Source: a virus. From it: a DNA stretch of 37,829 nt. The stretch is from the IMG/VR virus record IMGVR_UViG_3300045988_127420; one strand, written 5' to 3'. Positions 35,364 to 37,829 of this stretch are shown piece after piece (position 1 is the first letter of the stretch; each line of letters starts with the position of its first letter). The notes beneath the pieces are model-generated. The model saw only the letters and a program-made list of their open reading frames with translations. It ran no database searches and was not told where the DNA came from. A program made the translations under genes and the position numbers.

Positions 35364-37052
35364 ATGGCCGGCATGGGAAGCAGCAAGAGGGACATAACGC
35401 CGGCGCAGGAGCGCTACTGCCAGGAGAGGGCCAAGGGCGCGACGCAGCGCCAGGCCTACCTGCGCGCGTTCCCGTCCAGCGAGAGATGGAAGCCCGAGAC
35501 CGTGGACAAGCGCGCCTGCGAGCTTGAGGCGCGGCGGAAGGTTTCGGGAAGGTTCAAGGAGCTGCAGAAGGCGGCGGCAGCGGCCGCCGTCGTGACGCGC
35601 GCGGAGATAGTCGGCGCGCAGGCCATGCTGCTGCGCAAGGGCGTGGCCGCCGTGGAGGCGCACAGCCTGGCGGACAAGGACCTCGCCCCGGCCGTCAAGG
35701 CGCTGGCCGACGCGAGCGACCGCCTGATGGCGTGGCTGCCGGAGGACGAGCCCGACGAGCGCCCCGCGTTCGTGCGGGACTTCGCGCTGCTGCTGGGCCC
35801 GCGCTTCCTCGCGCCGCACCGCATGATAGCCGACGGCTACCGCGGCGATATCTGGCTGGCCGGCGGGCGCGGCTCGTGCAAGTCCTCGTTCTGCTCGCTG
35901 GAGGTCGTCAACCACATCGAGCGCAACCCCGACCAGCACGCCGTGGTGCTCATGAAGCGCAAGGCGGACCTGCGCGACGCGGCCTACGCCCAGGTGGTGT
36001 GGGCCATCCGCGCGCTCGGGCTGGAGGACCAGTACGACATGCCGGAGTCCACGCTGCGCATCACCAAGAAGGCCACGGGGCAGAAGATCATCTTCCGCGG
36101 CTGCGACAACGCGAACAAGATCAAGTCCATCAAGGTGCCGTTCGGCTACGTGGGCTGCGTGTGGTTCGAGGAGGCCGACCAGTTCCGCGGCATGGCCGAG
36201 GTGCGCAAGGTCACGCAGTCGCTCACGCGAGGCGGCGAGAGCTGCGTGCGCCTGTACTCGTTCAACCCGCCGCGCTCGGCGCGCTGCTGGGTCAACGCCG
36301 AGATGGAGCGCCGCGAGGCCGAGGGCCTGCCGGTGTTCCGCTCCACGTACCTGGACGTGCCGCCGGAGTGGCTGGGCGGGCAGTTCATCGCCGACGCCGA
36401 GGAGCTGAAGCGGACCGACGAGCGCGCGTACCGCCACGAGTACCTGGGCGAGCCGGTGGGAATCGGCACCGAGGTGTTCGACAACGTGGTGTTCCGCGCC
36501 ATCACCGACGAGGAGATCGCGCAGTTCGAGCGCCTGCGTTTCGGCCAGGACTTCGGCTGGTACCCCGACCCGTGGGCCGTGACCGGCAGCGAGTGGAGGC
36601 CCGGCCGGCGCGAGCTGCTGACGTTCTGCGAGGACGGCGCGAACAAGCTGCCGCCCGACGAGCAGGCCGAGCGCATCAAGGCGCTGCTCACGTGGAGCGA
36701 CGAGGAGGGCCGCGCGCCCGTATACCACCACCTGCCCGTGCTGTCCGACGACGCCGACCCCACGGCCATCGCCGTGCAGCGCGACCACGGCGCGAACGCC
36801 CGGGCGGCGGGCAAGGGCAAGCCTGGCCGCATGGCCAGCTACCGCTTCCTGCAGTGCCTCGCGGCGTGGGTCATCGACCCCGCGCGCTGCCCGAGGCTGG
36901 CGGCGGAGGTGCGGGCCCTGGAGTACGCGCAGTCCCCGGACGGCGAGGTGCTCAACGAGATACCAGACGGGAACGACCACTGGGTGGACGCGACCCGCTA
37001 CGCGACGATGGACGAGGCGCGCAGGGCGCGCGGATACAGGAAGGCGGCATAG
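35364..37052 (+). CDS. Terminase: TerS-like (Terminase_2) N-terminal domain fused in frame to a PBSX/XtmB-type large subunit
   Basis: N-terminus ITPAQERYCQERAKGATQRQAYLRAFP...ACELEARRKVSGRFKELQ is small-subunit-like. Walker A GGRGSCKS sits near aa 167. No stop codon between the two parts. Confidence 0.8.
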   Translation: MAGMGSSKRDITPAQERYCQERAKGATQRQAYLRAFPSSERWKPETVDKRACELEARRKVSGRFKELQKAAAAAAVVTRAEIVGAQAMLLRKGVAAVEAHSLADKDLAPAVKALADASDRLMAWLPEDEPDERPAFVRDFALLLGPRFLAPHRMIADGYRGDIWLAGGRGSCKSSFCSLEVVNHIERNPDQHAVVLMKRKADLRDAAYAQVVWAIRALGLEDQYDMPESTLRITKKATGQKIIFRGCDNANKIKSIKVPFGYVGCVWFEEADQFRGMAEVRKVTQSLTRGGESCVRLYSFNPPRSARCWVNAEMERREAEGLPVFRSTYLDVPPEWLGGQFIADAEELKRTDERAYRHEYLGEPVGIGTEVFDNVVFRAITDEEIAQFERLRFGQDFGWYPDPWAVTGSEWRPGRRELLTFCEDGANKLPPDEQAERIKALLTWSDEEGRAPVYHHLPVLSDDADPTAIAVQRDHGANARAAGKGKPGRMASYRFLQCLAAWVIDPARCPRLAAEVRALEYAQSPDGEVLNEIPDGNDHWVDATRYATMDEARRARGYRKAA

Positions 37053-37829
37053 ATGGCCAAGGGCGAGACTTACGAGCAGTTCGTGGAGAAGTTCAGGGTG
37101 AAGAAGACCACCGACGACTGCTACACGCCGCCGCTGGTCTACGAGGCCGTCAAGGGCTGGGCGTGCCGCGAGTACGGCATCGACCCGGCCCGCGTCGTTC
37201 GCCCCTTCTGGCCCGGCGGCGACTACGAGCGCTTCGAGTACCCGGAGGGCTGCGCGGTCATCGACAACCCGCCGTTCTCCATCCTGTCGGCCATCTGCGC
37301 GTTCTACATCGACCGCGGCGTGCCGTTCCTCCTTTTCGCGCCGAGCCTGACGTGCCTGGGCGGCGCGAGCGTGTGCATGCGCATGAACCACCTCATCACC
37401 GACTGCGCCGTGGTGTACGAGAACGGCGCCGAGGTGCGCACCTCGTTCGTCACGAACATGGGCGGCGGCGAGTACGTGATGCAGAGCGCGCCGCGGCTCA
37501 CCCGCGAGGTCAACGCCGCCATCGAGGCGAGCCGCGAGCGCAGGACCGTGCCGCGATACGAGTACCCCTACGAGGTGGCCACGGCGGCCATGCTGCAGCG
37601 CTATGCCAAGTACGGCGTGGAGTTCGGCGTGCGCCGCGACGAGTGCGTGCGCATCGCCGCGCTGGACATGCAGCGCGACCAGGGCAAGGCGATATTCGGC
37701 GGCGGACTCCTGCTGGGCGAGCGAGCCGCAGCAGAGCGAGCCGCAGCAGAGCGAGCCGCAGCAGAGCGAGCCGCAGCAGAGCGAGCCGCAGCAGAGCGAG
37801 CCGCAGCAGAGCGAGCCGCAGCAGAGCGA
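37053..37829 (+). CDS. Putative DNA N6-adenine methyltransferase (DNPPF motif) with C-terminal (ERAAA)n repeat; continues at 1-162
   Basis: TDDCYTPP... and AVIDNPPFS (motif IV-like). The ORF runs off the window end inside the repeat, in the same phase as frame 1 at the window start. Confidence 0.6.
   Translation, partial: MAKGETYEQFVEKFRVKKTTDDCYTPPLVYEAVKGWACREYGIDPARVVRPFWPGGDYERFEYPEGCAVIDNPPFSILSAICAFYIDRGVPFLLFAPSLTCLGGASVCMRMNHLITDCAVVYENGAEVRTSFVTNMGGGEYVMQSAPRLTREVNAAIEASRERRTVPRYEYPYEVATAAMLQRYAKYGVEFGVRRDECVRIAALDMQRDQGKAIFGGGLLLGERAAAERAAAERAAAERAAAERAAAERAAAERAAAER
37719..37829. repeat. 15-bp tandem repeat GAGCGAGCCGCAGCA (7 units plus GAGCGA); duplicate of 1-111
   Basis: Counted directly and identical to the window start. 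Confidence 0.95.

Noticed and set aside
37719-37829. The tandem repeat array at the contig ends, considered as a CRISPR array
   Set aside because: The units are 15 bp, contiguous and without spacers. They lie in frame inside a coding sequence.
1-37829. A search for a third, AAC-rich copy of the DGR repeat, and for additional VRs elsewhere in the window
   Set aside because: Scanning by eye, and through the six-frame translations for VYASG, ALRCAP, ARRVH or PTRT-type strings, found only the two copies. This is a manual search and could miss a divergent copy.

Overview
The window is a complete, GC-rich temperate siphovirus-type phage or prophage genome, probably from a high-GC Gram-positive host (host is a guess). 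The first 111 nt (1-111) are identical to the last 111 nt (37719-37829), so the contig closes on itself. The join lies inside a 15-bp tandem-repeat array within a methyltransferase-like gene, giving about 37.7 kb of unique sequence.

Almost all genes are on the + strand, in this order:
- portal, MuF-type minor head protein, scaffold, major capsid, head-tail connectors
- major tail protein (Big_2), chaperones, tape measure, Dit/Tal/BppU baseplate
- a DGR-targeted receptor-binding protein followed by avd, TR and reverse transcriptase
- XkdX, holin and Amidase_5 endolysin
- on the minus strand, a large serine integrase and a CI-like repressor, then the divergent switch region
- early genes: HTH, RuvC-like, ParB-like, SMC-like ATPase, Sak4-like AAA_24, DUF669, SF2 helicase, primase-polymerase/helicase
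- small late ORFs, a terminase with a TerS-like N-terminus, and a DNA methyltransferase that wraps the contig ends

The standout feature is a diversity-generating retroelement (16067-19100) whose template and variable repeats differ in a non-canonical way. Both copies look like outputs of adenine mutagenesis of an AAC-rich ancestor.

All calls come from reading the supplied ORF translations and the sequence by eye. No database search was run. Family names are recognition-based and start codons are approximate.
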